Part shown: positions 1 through 12,995 of the stretch, piece by piece
Position numbering within the stretch: position 1 is the first letter of the stretch
How the letters are laid out: each line of letters begins with the position of its first letter
Assembly (NCBI RefSeq): GCF_006345805.1
Contig: NC_043011.1
Coordinates: 24,378,464-24,442,463, forward strand
DNA: 64,000 nucleotides
DNA from: Octopus sinensis
Taxonomy: Eukaryota
Direction of reading: 5' to 3'
Notes under the pieces: generated by a model
What the model was told of the DNA's origin: nothing
Databases searched by the model: none
What the model saw: the letters and a program-made list of their open reading frames with translations, nothing else
Made by a program: the position numbers and the translations under genes

Positions 1-210
1 GTGTGTCATAGAAAAGATGATGTTATTGTTTGGAACATTTTAGCTTAGATCTGTATGATAGTTGGAAATTTAGCTATGAATACAATAAAAAAAAGTGGTT
101 TGAGAATACTTCCTTGTAGCATACCAGAAGCATATGACATGAGGGATACTAACTTGTATATAGCTGTCTGTTGCCAGCTTGCTTGCCTGCTTGCCTGCCT
201 ATCCATCTAC

Positions 211-263
<53 letters not shown>

Positions 264-286
264 ATCTCTCTATCTCCATGCTGATA

Positions 287-338
<52 letters not shown>

Positions 339-339
339 A

Positions 340-612
340 TATATATATTACGTAGGTAAAATAAGGGTAAAGCTCATAAGAGCAGGTTTCATGGCATATA
401 CATTCTCCACCTGGATGGGATGCCAGTCTGTCACAGGATTATTTATTTTTGCCAGCTGAGTGTATGAACATAAAGTGAAGTGTTCTGCTCAAGAACATAG
501 CATAACACATTGCCCAGTCCAGGAATCGAAACCACAATCTTATGATCATGAGTCCAGAACTCTAACCATTAAGCCACATGACTCATATATATATAATATA
601 TATAATATATAT
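340..612 (-). mobile_element. tRNA-derived SINE (CORE-type), decayed
   Basis: Minus strand begins GTCATGTGGCTTAATGGTTAGAG (A box) ... GGTTTCGATTCC (B box), followed by a GTTCTTGAGCAGAACACTT CORE-like block; bounded by (TA)n. Confidence 0.7.
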
Positions 613-725
613 GTATTATATATATATATATATATATATATATCATCATCATCATCGTTTAACGTCCGTTCTCCATGCTAATCATCATCATCATTTAGCG
701 TCCGTTTTCCATGCTAGCATATATA

Positions 726-956
726 TAATCATATCAAAAGGGAAATGGAATTTAATTAAATTTAAAATATTCAATAAAAATTTACATTTCCAGTGGTCTA
801 ACGTGTAAAAAATTCATCAAGAAGACTATATATTAGTTATACGATAGTCTATATTTATACACATAAGGAATCCACACTTAGGGTGAAATTCAACACATAG
901 AACCACATTGAATATTTTAAATTTAATTAAATTCCATTTCCCTTTTGATATGATTA
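726..956. repeat. Foldback module with perfect 50-bp inverted arms
   Basis: 726-775 is the exact reverse complement of 907-956; the internal part 838-906 recurs inverted at 1261-1329. Confidence 0.85.
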
Positions 957-1325
957 AACATTATAACTTTTTGGATAATTTTCGGTTAAAGTTGGCGGTT
1001 TATTGTAGCTAACAATAGGACTGCGATTGTGCAGAAAAATTTGAAAAGTTACTTCATATAAACAGTAGACAGATAGCAGTCCTTGTCTTCTGTCTTATAT
1101 GTTTTAACCCCAGGTTGGTCCTCGACGATGAAGATAAGACCTTGTGAGTTCTCCTGACTTGCTAAAAGAAGATCAGAAACCAATTTTGGTCCAGGGTATT
1201 AAATGGTAAATGTTTTACATTTCCAAATTTTGTTCCTGTCGAATCTTATCCGTTATTTTTGTGGTTCTATGTGTTGAATTTCACCCTAAGTGTGGATTCC
1301 TTATGTGTATAAATATACACTATCG

Positions 1326-1363
<38 letters not shown>

Positions 1364-2885
1364 ATATATATATATATAGTGATATCAAATGCATTTATGT
1401 GATAAAAGCTTTGTTGGAATCTATGAAAATTATTGAAAGGAATGGAATACTTTAAAATTTATAAGACATTGACCCTAAAGTATGTTTATCTGTTCTTCAC
1501 AATGATCCAGTTGCCCTGTTCTCTGATCATTTTTAGACACCTTAGTTTTACACTCACACTCATACACAATACACACACATAGACATGCATACACATACAT
1601 ACATGCATATATACATACATCCAGGCATACATACATACATACCAGGCATGTGCCATCAGTAATTACTCAGGGTAGGCAGTTGGTGACCTTTATGTAGTAA
1701 AGCACACAAAAAATAAGCAAAACACAAGCACACGACTGACTGACGGCAGATTTACTTCTGCTTTTATAGCACGTAAAGAAAACATTGTTGTAGGAATATG
1801 CACAGCATGTGTTGTACAGCAGTACTACGCATAGCTTAAATATTGAGATTGAAAGGCAGGGGTGAATTATGCCTACCTAATCTACAAAAAATAAAATATT
1901 TTGCATTTTATGCATAGTAATTAGAATAATCTTCATAATTTTATTGAATTGGGTGCCTATTTTGCAATAAAAGGAAAATGTTGCTATCGATCTATTTTAT
2001 TCAAGGTAGGCACTGCCCACCTTGCCTACCTAGGTGGCATGTCCTGGGTACATACACATGTACATACACACATACATCTTTCTACACTGCTCTCTCTATT
2101 TATGTGTGTGAGGAAATTTGTCTTTATGCCTATGAGGAGAGGGAAGTGTTTATGTCAACCATGTTCAAGCAATAGATTGTAATGCCTCCCTCTCTCTCTC
2201 ATTCTCTCTTTCACTCTCATTATCTGCTTGTACATATTTCTGTGTGTGTGTGTGTGCATGTGTGCGTGCGTGTGTTTGTGTGTGTGTGCATGTTCCACCA
2301 GTGCCAAAAAGTACTGTTGCTACAACAGGTTGAATATCCAGTCAAGCATGCCAAAATTGCCGGCATCCAAACAGCTGCAGCCAGTCACGATGATCAGTCT
2401 CTCAGTTAATATCTACACACACAGCTTCTGTAGTTTTCATGAGTGTTTAGCATGAATTTTCTTGACTAGAAATGAAAATTTCGTTTCACATCAGAATATT
2501 ATTAACCCTGTCATATCACACGTTCTGCATTCATAACTTTGATGCTTTTCTTCTGATTCCAAAAAGTGAGAGTGGATGTTAATTGTTTTGAAACCACATA
2601 TTGTTATACTAATAGCTCATTTCAGAAAAATGAGTATATAGCCTGAAGGTTTGTTGCACATGGAAGCCAAATGGTAATGAACCAAACCTATGGGATATGA
2701 TCATATCTCATGAGATATTGCAATGTTAACAATGACGATGATGATGATTTTAATAGTGATAGCATGATGATAATCTGGTGATACGTTCGTTTTGATAATT
2801 GTGATGTCTAAAGTTACAACTTGCAGATGGCTGTCACAGATTGAAAATACTACATGTTGAAAATGCATGACGATATTCAGTACTG

Positions 2886-3025
2886 GCATGGTTGTGTGGT
2901 AAGGTGTTTGCTTCCCAATCACATGGTTCTGGGTTCTGCTCCATGGCATGGCACTTTTATTCTTGGCCCAAAGAAATAAAAGCCTTGTGAGTGGATTCAG
3001 TAGACAAAGCTGAAACTCGTCATAT

Positions 3026-3094
<69 letters not shown>

Positions 3095-3240
3095 TGCATC
3101 TTTATGTTTGTATTTGTCCCCCACCAACTGCTTGACAACAAAGAAAACAAGTACTGGAGTTGATTCATTCAACTGAAACCCTTCAAGGTGGTGCCCCAGC
3201 ATGGCCACAGTCTAAGTGATTGAAACAAGTAAAAGATAAG
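2886..3240 (+). mobile_element. Major octopus-type tRNA/CORE SINE with internal (GT)n
   Basis: tRNA-like head (GGTTGTGTGGTAAG...GGGTTCTGCTCC), GCCTTGTGAGTGGATT, internal (GT)n, and tail GCCCCAGCATGGCCACAGTC...GAAACAAGTAAAAGA shared with many copies in the window. Confidence 0.8.
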
Positions 3241-3856
3241 ATACCAAATAAAAACGGATTTTTATTTGATACAGTCAGCCTTTTCCCTGAAATTGTTCTG
3301 GCTACAAAATTCATTTCATGAAACAATAACTCTTCTTTGCATTCATGCTTTCCAACCTCCCTGAAGACATAATTACTGTGCATTTAGAGTGAAATTAACT
3401 CTTGACTATAACATTTCTAAAAACTCTTCTGTTAATCAATATAGACCAATTCAAGCATTATTTCATTGACTTAAGATTGGTGCCTTCGAGGTTGTTTTTC
3501 AAGAAATACAAAACAAATTATGTTTATTGTGTTACAGAAAGTAGTGAGTGTGTGTGTGCTTGGTAACATTTCCTATTAAATCATCAGAGTTAAGACAATT
3601 CTCACAGCTAAGAAAAGTGGCTGTGTTTTCAGTATTCAAAAGCCTATATTCATAATCTTAAGTAATCATTCAGTTACAAAGTTAGAGTATTTATTTTTGT
3701 AGAAATAAAGTGATAAATTGTACACCCAAATGTCAATAATATACAACCGGTATAGCCAGTACATTCTGAATTCATACACTGATTATTTATGACTGTTAGG
3801 TATTACTGTTAGGTATTACTGTTAGGTATTAGACATTCCTACTCCCCCATTCCATA

Positions 3857-3865
<9 letters not shown>

Positions 3866-3909
<44 letters not shown>

Positions 3910-3985
3910 GTATATATTCATATGTATACATATGTATATATATATATGTATGTATATATAGATATGTATACATATGTATGTATAT

Positions 3986-4041
<56 letters not shown>

Positions 4042-4110
4042 ATATATACATATATATATGTATATATATAGATATGTATACATATGTATCTATATATATA
4101 TGTGTGTGTG
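3866..4110. repeat. Compound (TA)n/(TACA)n microsatellite
   Basis: Directly visible; source of several spurious YIYI ORFs. Confidence 0.95.
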
Positions 4111-4450
4111 TAAGTAGGGGACTCTGAAAGGAATCTCAGGAAGTATAGTCCCTGCCTTCCTGGACTAGTTTTTTTTAAAAATCGTGGTTGAGGCCTTGGT
4201 TGCGGGACCACTCATGTCTTGAAACTGAGGTCAGGGGTAAGCAAAGGCATGCTCTCTGTAGAAAATTCAGCTAAAAAAAACCTCATGATAGCAAGGGAGA
4301 ATGGGTACCAGCCAGCCAGCCCAAAGGTTGGGATGGGCTGAACCTACCTGCCGCAGTTGCTATGGCATTGAGGTAGATCTGGCCACCCCCATTAATGGAA
4401 ACAGAACCCTGATTTGAAACACTGGATGATGATGATGATGATGATGATGT

Positions 4451-4485
<35 letters not shown>

Positions 4486-4629
4486 TTAGAGATAAAGCCT
4501 CTATTATGCAATTCAAACAATGATAGACATAAACGAAAACATAAATAACAAATAAAATATATTTTTATAAAACATATAACTAGATCACAAAAGTATAAAA
4601 ATGAATAATCAATATATGATAAGTAAAAA

Positions 4630-4729
4630 AACTATGTACGTTTCATGGCTATAATTAAATTCGAATTACAATTAAATTTAAATGTAATTGAAATGAATTC
4701 AATTTAAAATTATAGTCAATCTTCAGGTT
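4630..4729 (-). ncRNA. Type I hammerhead ribozyme motif (Penelope pLTR style, long loop II)
   Basis: Minus strand: AAC-CTGAAGA-TTGACTATAATT...AATTATAGCCAT-GAAA-CGTACA-TA-GTT; long stem II, 3-bp stem I, imperfect palindromic stem III. Confidence 0.55.
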
Positions 4730-4844
4730 AACAATAATAGTTAAATATATAAGCAAACAGAGTCAAACAATATTTATCAAAATATATAAATAAGATAATG
4801 ATTTTTCTCATAGAAGAAACTCCATTAATTAATCTAGTTTTTTT

Positions 4845-5547
4845 GGCTGTCTCCATACATATACTTGGCTGGTGGTTGGAAATAAGGGAAAAGAATGACT
4901 CGTCTGAGAAAATAACATTCTTTCACTGCTCTACGGACCAACTCTGTAGGTTTTTTACTCCACTCTAAATGCTTTGCAATGTTTGTTTTTGAAAGTAGTG
5001 GTTTTCTGATTGTAGCTCTCCCGTGAAATCCAGCTTTGTGCAGCTCCTGGCAAACAGTTTTTGTAGAAACTGGGTTCTTGAGGTGGTCATTAAGCTCTGC
5101 AGTAATTTTGGGAGCTGTATTTTTGTGATCCTTTTTAACAATTCGCATAAGAGTCCGATGGTACCTATCTGAAAGTTTTGGTTTTCTTCTGGAGTTTTGT
5201 TTCAACAAGGAGGTTTTTCCTTCTTTCTTAAAGGCTGTCATTACTTTCAAGACAATACTTCTTCATACGCCAAACATTTCGGCTGTTTTCGTTATGCTAG
5301 CACCTGTCATATGAGCACCAATAATATGACCTCTTTGAAAGTCTGATAGATCTGTCATTTTAATGAATTTTAATTACCTTTTTCTAATAATATCTGAAAA
5401 CAAACAGCAATTTTAGCAAAACATATTAAGCAACACTAATAATAAATAAAAAAACATTAAAATAAACAAGCTTCTGATGGTTTTATAGATATTTCAAAAT
5501 TATGATGCTGTGATGCTAGGTGTTTCCATTACTTTGTTCAACCCCTG
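4845..5547 (-). mobile_element. Tc1-family DNA transposon, 5' half (truncated transposase)
   Basis: TIR CAGGGGTTGAACAAAGTAATGGAAACACC next to TA (5548-5549). ORF 4834-5250 reads RKPKLSDR...TAPKITAELN...TVCQELHKAG...RKPLLSK (HTH region), with a frameshifted FPTTSQVYVWRQP at the start of the DDE domain. Confidence 0.9.
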
Positions 5548-5554
5548 TATATGG

Positions 5555-5601
<47 letters not shown>

Positions 5602-5736
5602 ATAATTTGTATGTTATGTTTATATGTATTCTTTTATTCTTTTACTTGTTTTAGTTTAGTCATTTATTTGTAGCCATACTAGAGCACTGCCTTCAGTCGA
5701 ACAAATCAACCCCATGCTCACATGTACACAAGCATA

Positions 5737-5783
<47 letters not shown>

Positions 5784-5801
5784 ATATAATAATATATATA
5801 T

Positions 5802-5833
<32 letters not shown>

Positions 5834-6011
5834 GTCAATCTTCAGGTTAACAATAATAGTTAAATAAATAAGCAAACAGAGTCAAACAATATTTATCAAA
5901 ATATATAAAATAGATAATGATTTTTCTCATAGAAGAAACTCCATTAATTAATTTAGTTTTTTTGGCTGTCTCCATACATATACTTGGCTGGTGGTTGGAA
6001 ATAAGGGAAAA

Positions 6012-9000
6012 AGGAAAATTAAATTCCGCAAATATACCAACCAATTGCAAAAAAAACATGAGAGAAAAATTAAGGAGATTAGCGACTCGAATAAGATCTT
6101 CGTTAATTCTGACAAGACAAGGAACTTATATGCACTTGATAAGGACGTTTATAAACGCCTGATTTCGAATAGTGTCACGGACACATACAAAAAAGACAAC
6201 ACGAATATATACAAAGAGGTGAACTTAGAAGCAAGAGGAATAGCTAACGATCTTAAGATTAGCGATAGGATTGAATACCTTTCACCACGACCAGCTTTTA
6301 TACTCTGAAAGACCATAAAGCCAATTTTAGTAGAACCCCAAATGTAGATTGATAAATCCGGCTAAAACTGAGATAGGAATTATTAGCAAAAATATTTTGG
6401 ACCGTATTTTAGTTAAGTTAGATAGTGAAGTAGACTTGAGAATTTGGAAGAATAGTAAGTCAGTTATAGAGTGGTTTAAAGGTATTAGCTATAAGAATTA
6501 TTGTAGTTTCACACAATTCGACATTATTGACTTTTACCCGTCAATATCTAGGACGTTGCTCCTAAGGGCATTGGACTTTGCCAAGCAGTATGTCAACATC
6601 GATAGCTCGGAAATTGAAATTATTATGCATGCGAGGAAATCGCTTCTTTTTTCAAGGATTCCACCTGGATTAAGAAGACTGAGGATTCTCTTTTCGATGT
6701 ACCGATGGGGGCATACGACGGGGCTGAATTATGTATGCTCACAGGAGCCTTTATTCTCCATAATCTAAAAATAGAATTCCCATTTATAGATGCAGGTTAT
6801 ATGGGATGACGGCCTTATAGCCACGCATAATCTAAACGGCCATGAATCAGATAGACTTAGGAAGGACTTTATAGCTTTCTTTCAAAGGATGGGCTTAACG
6901 TTACGATAGATGCTAACCTGAATAGTGTAGATTTTTAGACGTAAATTTTAATGTAAGATCGGATAGATTTAAACCTTTCCGTAAGCCCAATGAAAAGCTA
7001 TCGTATATTAGCAAAGATTCGAACCATCCACCAGTTATCCTTAGGAACTTAGTCAGCAATGTAGGTAGAAGAATATCTTCAATTTCTTCGGACGAGGCAG
7101 CATTCCATAATGCTGCACCTTATTATGATAGCGCATTAAAGAATAGTGGATTCTCGGAGAAGATCCAGTTCAACCAGCTTAATGCTGATAATAATGCTGC
7201 ACGAAGAACTAGGACCAGGAAAGTTTTGTGGTTCAACCCGGCTTTCAATTTAGCCGTAAAGACTAATATAGGTAAGGAATTTTTGAGATTAGTCTCTAAG
7301 CATTTTAAGCAGGGTCATAAATTCTACAGAATATTTAATAGAAGAACCCTGAAGGTTAGCTATTCTTGTTGCAGAAATTTCGCCTCTTACATTAGCCAAC
7401 ATAATAGGAAGCTAATTGAGATTAGACATGGTGCCGAGCCCATTAAGAAATGTATTTCAAAAACGAAAGCTCCTGTCCGTTAGAAGGGAAATGTCTAGTG
7501 AAAGGAGTAGTTTATAGAGCCAAGGTGCAAGTGGAAGGCTCATCGGAATACAAGACATACACAGGGGCTTCAGAAAATTCATTTAAAACAAGATTTTATT
7601 CTCATAAAAATTCATTTAAATACCCAGAGAATAGGAAGAAAACCAGCCTAGCAAAATATGTCTCGGAACTAAAAGAAAAGGAAGCCCCACCTTTCAACGT
7701 GACATGGAGCATTCTGGACAGGGCGGCACCATACAGGCATGGAGCTTACAAAAATAATTTCAAGTGCAGACTTTGTCTATTAGAAAAAATGTACATCTTA
7801 TTCAAAGACAATAATTCTTTGAATCAAAGAAGTGAGTTAATGAACTTATGTAGGCACGCGGCTAAATTTAAAATATCGAATATAAATATACCATATGGAT
7901 AGAGTATATATTTTGTATTTTTTTATTTTTGATTTTGATTTTGACTCTTGAGCGCTACGATGGATTTTGATTTTGATTCTGCTTGTGTTTCCAAGCTATG
8001 CGGATCTTAATCCGTATAGCAAAGTCTTATGTTTCTACATATATATTAGGAAAAACCTACAAACTTTGTTTTCATGTTATTGTATTGCATAGGATTACCT
8101 TGATATCTATATTACCTTGATTATTTATAAATGACCCAAAATAGGATGTTATATTTTATTTTGTCTTTCGTATATATTTTTATTAATGCACCCATTTTTA
8201 AAAGCAATGTTTTTAAAAAAAGCAATGTTGTCAAAATTAGAATGTTTATATAAGTATGTGTATAGCAAAGCATATATTTGTAAGCATGCGTATCTGTGTA
8301 TGTGTAAGTGAAAGTATGTTTGTGCTTAAGCACACATATACACGACGGTATGTATATGTATCATCATTCAAACTTGTGTATGTATACTGGTCTCTATAGA
8401 TGCCAATAGCACAGTTACACTGCTTGTATACATAATTTTTTTTCTTATTTCTTTTTTTTCCCCACCCCTCCTTCGTTCCTTTTTCTCTCTCTCCCTTTCT
8501 TTCGTTCCCCCTCCTTGCCCAGTATATGAGAATTGCTACATAGATGAAATTTAGCTTGCGTGCGAGACGGTTTGCGTGAATATATGTACACATGCTTTTA
8601 TGTGTATATTTAAATTTATATTCATACGTCTGTATATGTATGTATGGCGTTTACGCGCATCCTTTTGTGTATGTTGATATATATATGTAGATTTTAATAT
8701 AAATATGTATTGCAGTATTTATAACAGGTTTAATTTCTATGCATTATTTGCACTGTCTTCATTAACGTCAATAGGTTTTTTCCTCGGATTTTATAATTTT
8801 ATAAGTTTTTTTATATATATACATATATTTTTGACCTTTTTGTTTATCGCTCGAAGATTGACCGTTTTTTCTAAAGGGCCAATCAAACAAGTCCATTTCT
8901 TTTTAAAGGTGTAGCGTTTGTAGAGTATAGATTGAATTGATATATCAGTTCCATTCTAGCAAAACTGTCTGATGAACGGCAACGAGAAACTCAGAGTACA

Positions 9001-9025
9001 GATTTTGTTGAATTTTCTGCTGCTT
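6012..9025 (+). mobile_element. Penelope-like retroelement (RT + C-terminal GIY-YIG endonuclease), 5'-truncated, frameshifted, ~1.1-kb 3' region
   Basis: Motifs across frames: DKTRNLY, AF(I/T)LKDHK, CRLINPAKTEIG, FDIIDFYPSI, FDVPMGAYDGAELC, DDGL, WFNPAFN...KTNIGKEFL, CPLEGKC, GVVYRA...YTGASENSFKTRFYSH, LNQRSELMNLCRH. Ends in a hammerhead motif, then (TA)n. Confidence 0.93.
8960..9007 (+). ncRNA. Minimal type I hammerhead at the 3' terminus of the Penelope-like element
   Basis: CAAAACTGT-CTGATGA-A CG GCAA CG A-GAAA-CTCAGAG-T-ACAGATTTTG. One extra T after GAG would give a canonical U-H site with CTGT/ACAG stem I. Confidence 0.65.
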
Positions 9026-9033
9026 AAAATAAA

Positions 9034-9090
<57 letters not shown>

Positions 9091-9699
9091 ATATAACATA
9101 TAATATATATATATGGTAAAAGCATGGCTGTATGGTTGAGAAGTTTTACTTCCCAATCTCGTGTGCTCTGGTATTGTGACATGTATTATAGCACCAGCCT
9201 TTTTCAATGAATTTAATAGATGGAAACTGAAACAATGTACCGTGTGTGTGTAGGTTAGCATGTCTTTAGGTGTGAGTATATGCATGTCTGCATGTGCTAT
9301 ATGTGTCTGTGTGTGTGTTTACATTTGCACTTCCCTGAAAATCACAAGAGCTACAAGCAGTTTGTTGTCATTTCTCTAGTTACTAACTTTACACCTTTGC
9401 AGATGTGTGAAATATGAGAGGCTTACTTGAAAACATGTAGGCGTCAGTGATAGAAAGAGCATCCAACTGTTAAAACATGTTTCAGAAATATATTTATCTA
9501 ACCATTGCTAGCATGGCAAAACAGATGTAAAAGCAAATGACTATACATGCATACATTCACACGTGCTGATTGCAACTTCTTGTCAGAAGCGTGCTGTCTC
9601 TTCATTGAACACTGCATGTTCATGTGCGTGCAAGTGGTTTTTCAGCCCAGCTTTCATTCTGCTGGAATGTTCACAGATGTGACACTTATTTCTCTTTTC

Positions 9700-10210
9700 A
9701 GTACAAATGTATCATGCTGTGTGTGGGTGTAGAACCATCTCACAAGCAGCTTGATTTCTCCCTAGCTTATGTGACTACAGATGGTTGACAAATTCCACCC
9801 TTGAGAACAGAAATCGTTCACACACATTGCACTTCAATTCCTGCAGGGATTCTGTAGGTACTGCACTTAGGTCCCTCAAAGCAACATGTGCTATTCACTT
9901 TTGTGCAAAGACACCATATCTGTGCTTGATAGTCTCTCTCCATGATGTACAGCTTTCAGCCAATGTCTCCTAGATAACTATATCAATCTCCAAGGCTTTA
10001 AGGTTGCCTTTTATGACATTCTCAAACCATTTCTAAGGTTTATGCTGATGTCTTTTCCCTCAGGTCAGCTCCCCATAAAATATCTGTTTGGGCTTCCTTC
10101 CATTTTCCTTCCTGACATGACCAACCCAATGCATCTGGTTCAAAATTATCCTTTTCTCAATGCTGCTGCTGGATTTCTCAAATACATTATCAGGTGTGTA
10201 AGAGGACCAC
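9700..10210 (-). mobile_element. RTE-clade LINE ORF2 C-terminal remnant
   Basis: Minus translation IEKRIILNQMHWVGHVRKENGRKPKQIFYGELT resembles the RTE QLRWAGHV..M...R.PKQ..YGEL motif. Confidence 0.7.
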
Positions 10211-10606
10211 TTATTGTTCATACACATGTACATGCATGCATCCATCTATCCACCAATACATACATACACACATACCTACCTACCTACCTACCTACCTACC
10301 TACATACATACATACATACATACATACATACATACATTTATACATACAATCAACTGCCTATCAGATTTTAGCATAAAGCTAAAGATCAGCAAAAAAGAAA
10401 ATACCTATGCCGGACTGTTGAGAAATCAACAGTCTCCCTGCCCAGATTACAAGTTCAGGTTTATATCTGTAATTATTGAGGTACTAGAATATGTAACACA
10501 CTGCCTAAATACCAATCTTGAAAACTTAGGCTACTGAAAGCCAGAAAGAAGAAAGCTGATTCGAAGACTACAGATCCAATCCATCACTGAAACTGTAAAA
10601 CTTTCC

Positions 10607-10960
10607 AGAGGCTTATCATTTAAGAATATATGCACATGTTTAGATATGCAACTACATGCATGAAAATACATGCGTAAAACAAAACAAATGCATCAAACAA
10701 TACAAATCTGACCATGCACTGACTCCAAATACTGCACATATACACACATACATGCAAAAATAACTTGTCAATGTTGTCGAAATTCCAGTGAAAGAGGTTT
10801 ATCATTTAAGAATATATGCTCATGTTTAGATATGCAACTGCATGCATGAAAATACATGCATAAAACAAAACAATACAAATCTGCACATGCACTGACTCCA
10901 AATATTGCACATATACACACATACATGCAAAAATAGCTTGTTGATGTTGAAATTCCAATG
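10607..10960. repeat. Tandem duplication, ~185-bp unit x2
   Basis: TTATCATTTAAGAATATATGC...GAAATTCCA(G/A)TGAA occurs twice head-to-tail with ~90% similarity by eye. Confidence 0.85.
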
Positions 10961-11021
10961 AAGGAGCCTTGACTCTAGGTTAGAAACTGGTTTTTTCTTT
11001 ATTGGCAAGAAATCTTGAAAT

Positions 11022-11155
11022 ACTAGAAAAGCACTTGGAGAGCGCAGACCTCCGCCAAGCAGCTCATTTCCACCCATATACATGCATGTTGAAAATCGCC
11101 AAATCTCCCAAACCAACGCCCGTAAAAACATAACCTCCTTGGTGGGGTTAAAAAA
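11022..11155 (-). mobile_element. HINE/Helentron-like non-autonomous element (short)
   Basis: Minus strand: TTTTAACCCCACCAAGGAGGTTATGTTTT ... CTTGGCGGAGGTCTGCGCTCTCCAAGTGCTTTTCTAGT, i.e. subterminal inverted repeats plus a 3' hairpin. Confidence 0.6.
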
Positions 11156-11329
11156 AAATAACACAACCATATGATTTAAAAAAAAAAAACCCTTTAAAAA
11201 CAGGAATCATCTGAAGCAGATATGATACATCAATGACAACAGCAAGCTAGTTTCACAGTGGCGGTGGAGGGAGCAAAGCCTGAGATTTTTTAGTCGACCC
11301 CATTAGTCAAGGCTTGTCATGTCATCCTC

Positions 11330-11707
11330 CACAGACTTCCGCCAAGTAGCTCATTTTAAGATAGATATGTGAATAAAATTACTAATAGAGAAATGAAAAT
11401 AAACTTTGGAAACAGCAACGCCATCATAGGTTAAGTGGAAATGATGAACGTGTTTTTAAGGGAGATAATCAAAGAACATAACATTGTAATAGTTCATGTT
11501 GAGTAAATATAACAAATGAAAAATCCTTCAAGAATCCATAAAAATTGCTCGATCAAAATTTCACCATCTATTTCTTGTGCCACTACTGAATTTTCCTGTA
11601 AGTTTCATCAAATACCGTTCACAACTTTTTGAGTTATTTTGCACATGGACAGATGGACAAACCATCGCCGATGAAAACATAACATCCTTCCTTGGAGGAG
11701 GTAAAAA
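11330..11707 (-). mobile_element. HINE/Helentron-like non-autonomous element
   Basis: Minus strand: TTTTTACCTCCTCCAAGGAAGG...ATGTTTTCATCGGCG...GTCCATCTGTCC...GATGAAACTT ... CTTGGCGGAAGTCTGTG; same family as 11022-11155. Confidence 0.6.
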
Positions 11708-11989
11708 TTGAATAATGACATACATACACACCCTTTTATGCTTTGCTTCTTTCGCTCATTGGACTGTAGCTATGCTGGGGCACCACCTCGACAGGTTTAG
11801 TTAAACAAATTGAACCCAGTACTTATTTTTTAAAACTGGTACACCTTCTATTGCTAAATTACAAAGACATAAACAAACCAACACTGGTTGTCAAGCAGTA
11901 GAAGGGAGCAAACACACATATAAATGTACACAGATGAATGTACATATATAACACATGCATGAATGTACATATATACATATATATATATA

Positions 11990-12300
11990 TCATCATCATC
12001 ATTATCATCATTTAACGTCCGTTTTCCATGCTAGCATGGGTTGGACGGTTCGACCGGGGTCTGGTAAGCCATGGAGGCTGCACCAGGCTCTATTCTGATT
12101 TGGCAGTGTTTCTACAGCTGGATGCCCTTCCTAACGCCAACCACTCCGTGAGTGTAGTGGGTGTTTTTTACGTGCCACCAGCACAGAAGCCAGAGCAGGC
12201 TGGCAAATGGCCACGATCGGTTGGTGCTTTTACGTATCACCAACACGGACACCAGTCAGGTGACACTAGTATCTGCCACGTTCGAACGGTGCTTTTTACG
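11990..12300 (-). mobile_element. Abundant LINE-3'-end/SINE-tail repeat with (GAT)n tail
   Basis: CATCATTTAACGTCCGTTTTCCATGCT...GGATGCCCTTCCTAACGCCAACCAC; related copies near 641-720, 23375-23730, 42045-42200, 49500-49680, 53760-54070, 57540-57780, 62700-63010. Confidence 0.75.
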
Positions 12301-12474
12301 TGTCAATATGTATATATGACAGAATTCCTCAGTTTTCATCCACCAAATTCCCTCACTAGGCATTGATTGATCTGGGACTATATTACGAGACATGTGCAAG
12401 GCACTGCATGGTGGAAGTTAACCTAAAATCAGATGGCTGCAAAGCATGCATCTAACCACACAGCTACGATTAAG

Positions 12475-12509
<35 letters not shown>

Positions 12510-12995
12510 ATATATATATATATAGGTGTGTGTGAAGATATATATATCTTTCAACATTGCCTTGATCTCTCCCTACTCTTACTCTGTGACATGCCTTCTC
12601 ACCTTTATTCCTCCTCTATCTTCCCCTTTTTGGCTTAATAATTGCAAATGGTCAGTTTGGTTAAAATCCTTATATAGAAAAGTATTTATTGACCCTCATA
12701 AATGCTTTTCTGTTTTCTTTTTCTTTTTGTTCTACCTTTCTCTCTTTTTTTCATTCTCTCATTCTCTTGGATCCTGTCTCTTTCGATCTATCTCTATTCC
12801 TAAGATATGTTTTTACTTGCCTTCCTTACATCTTGTTTACTTCTTTCCATAGTTTTTCATATACCTATCCTTACAGATAAAATGATCTTATTCTACTTTA
12901 GGGACGGGCTTCTTCCCCTTAAATTTCTGAATACATTTCCTACATACATTTATGCTTTTCCATTGGTAATACTTTTCTGTGTATATATATGGATA

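Noticed and set aside
3560-3595. Minus-strand CTGATGA...GAAA
   Set aside because: No credible stem I or stem II; likewise for 39258 (GAAG instead of GAAA) and 51420-51432 (no stem II).
6306-6308. In-frame TGA in the Penelope ORF as possible selenocysteine
   Set aside because: A 1-nt frameshift restores the conserved AF(I)TLKDHK motif, and other frameshifts show ordinary decay.
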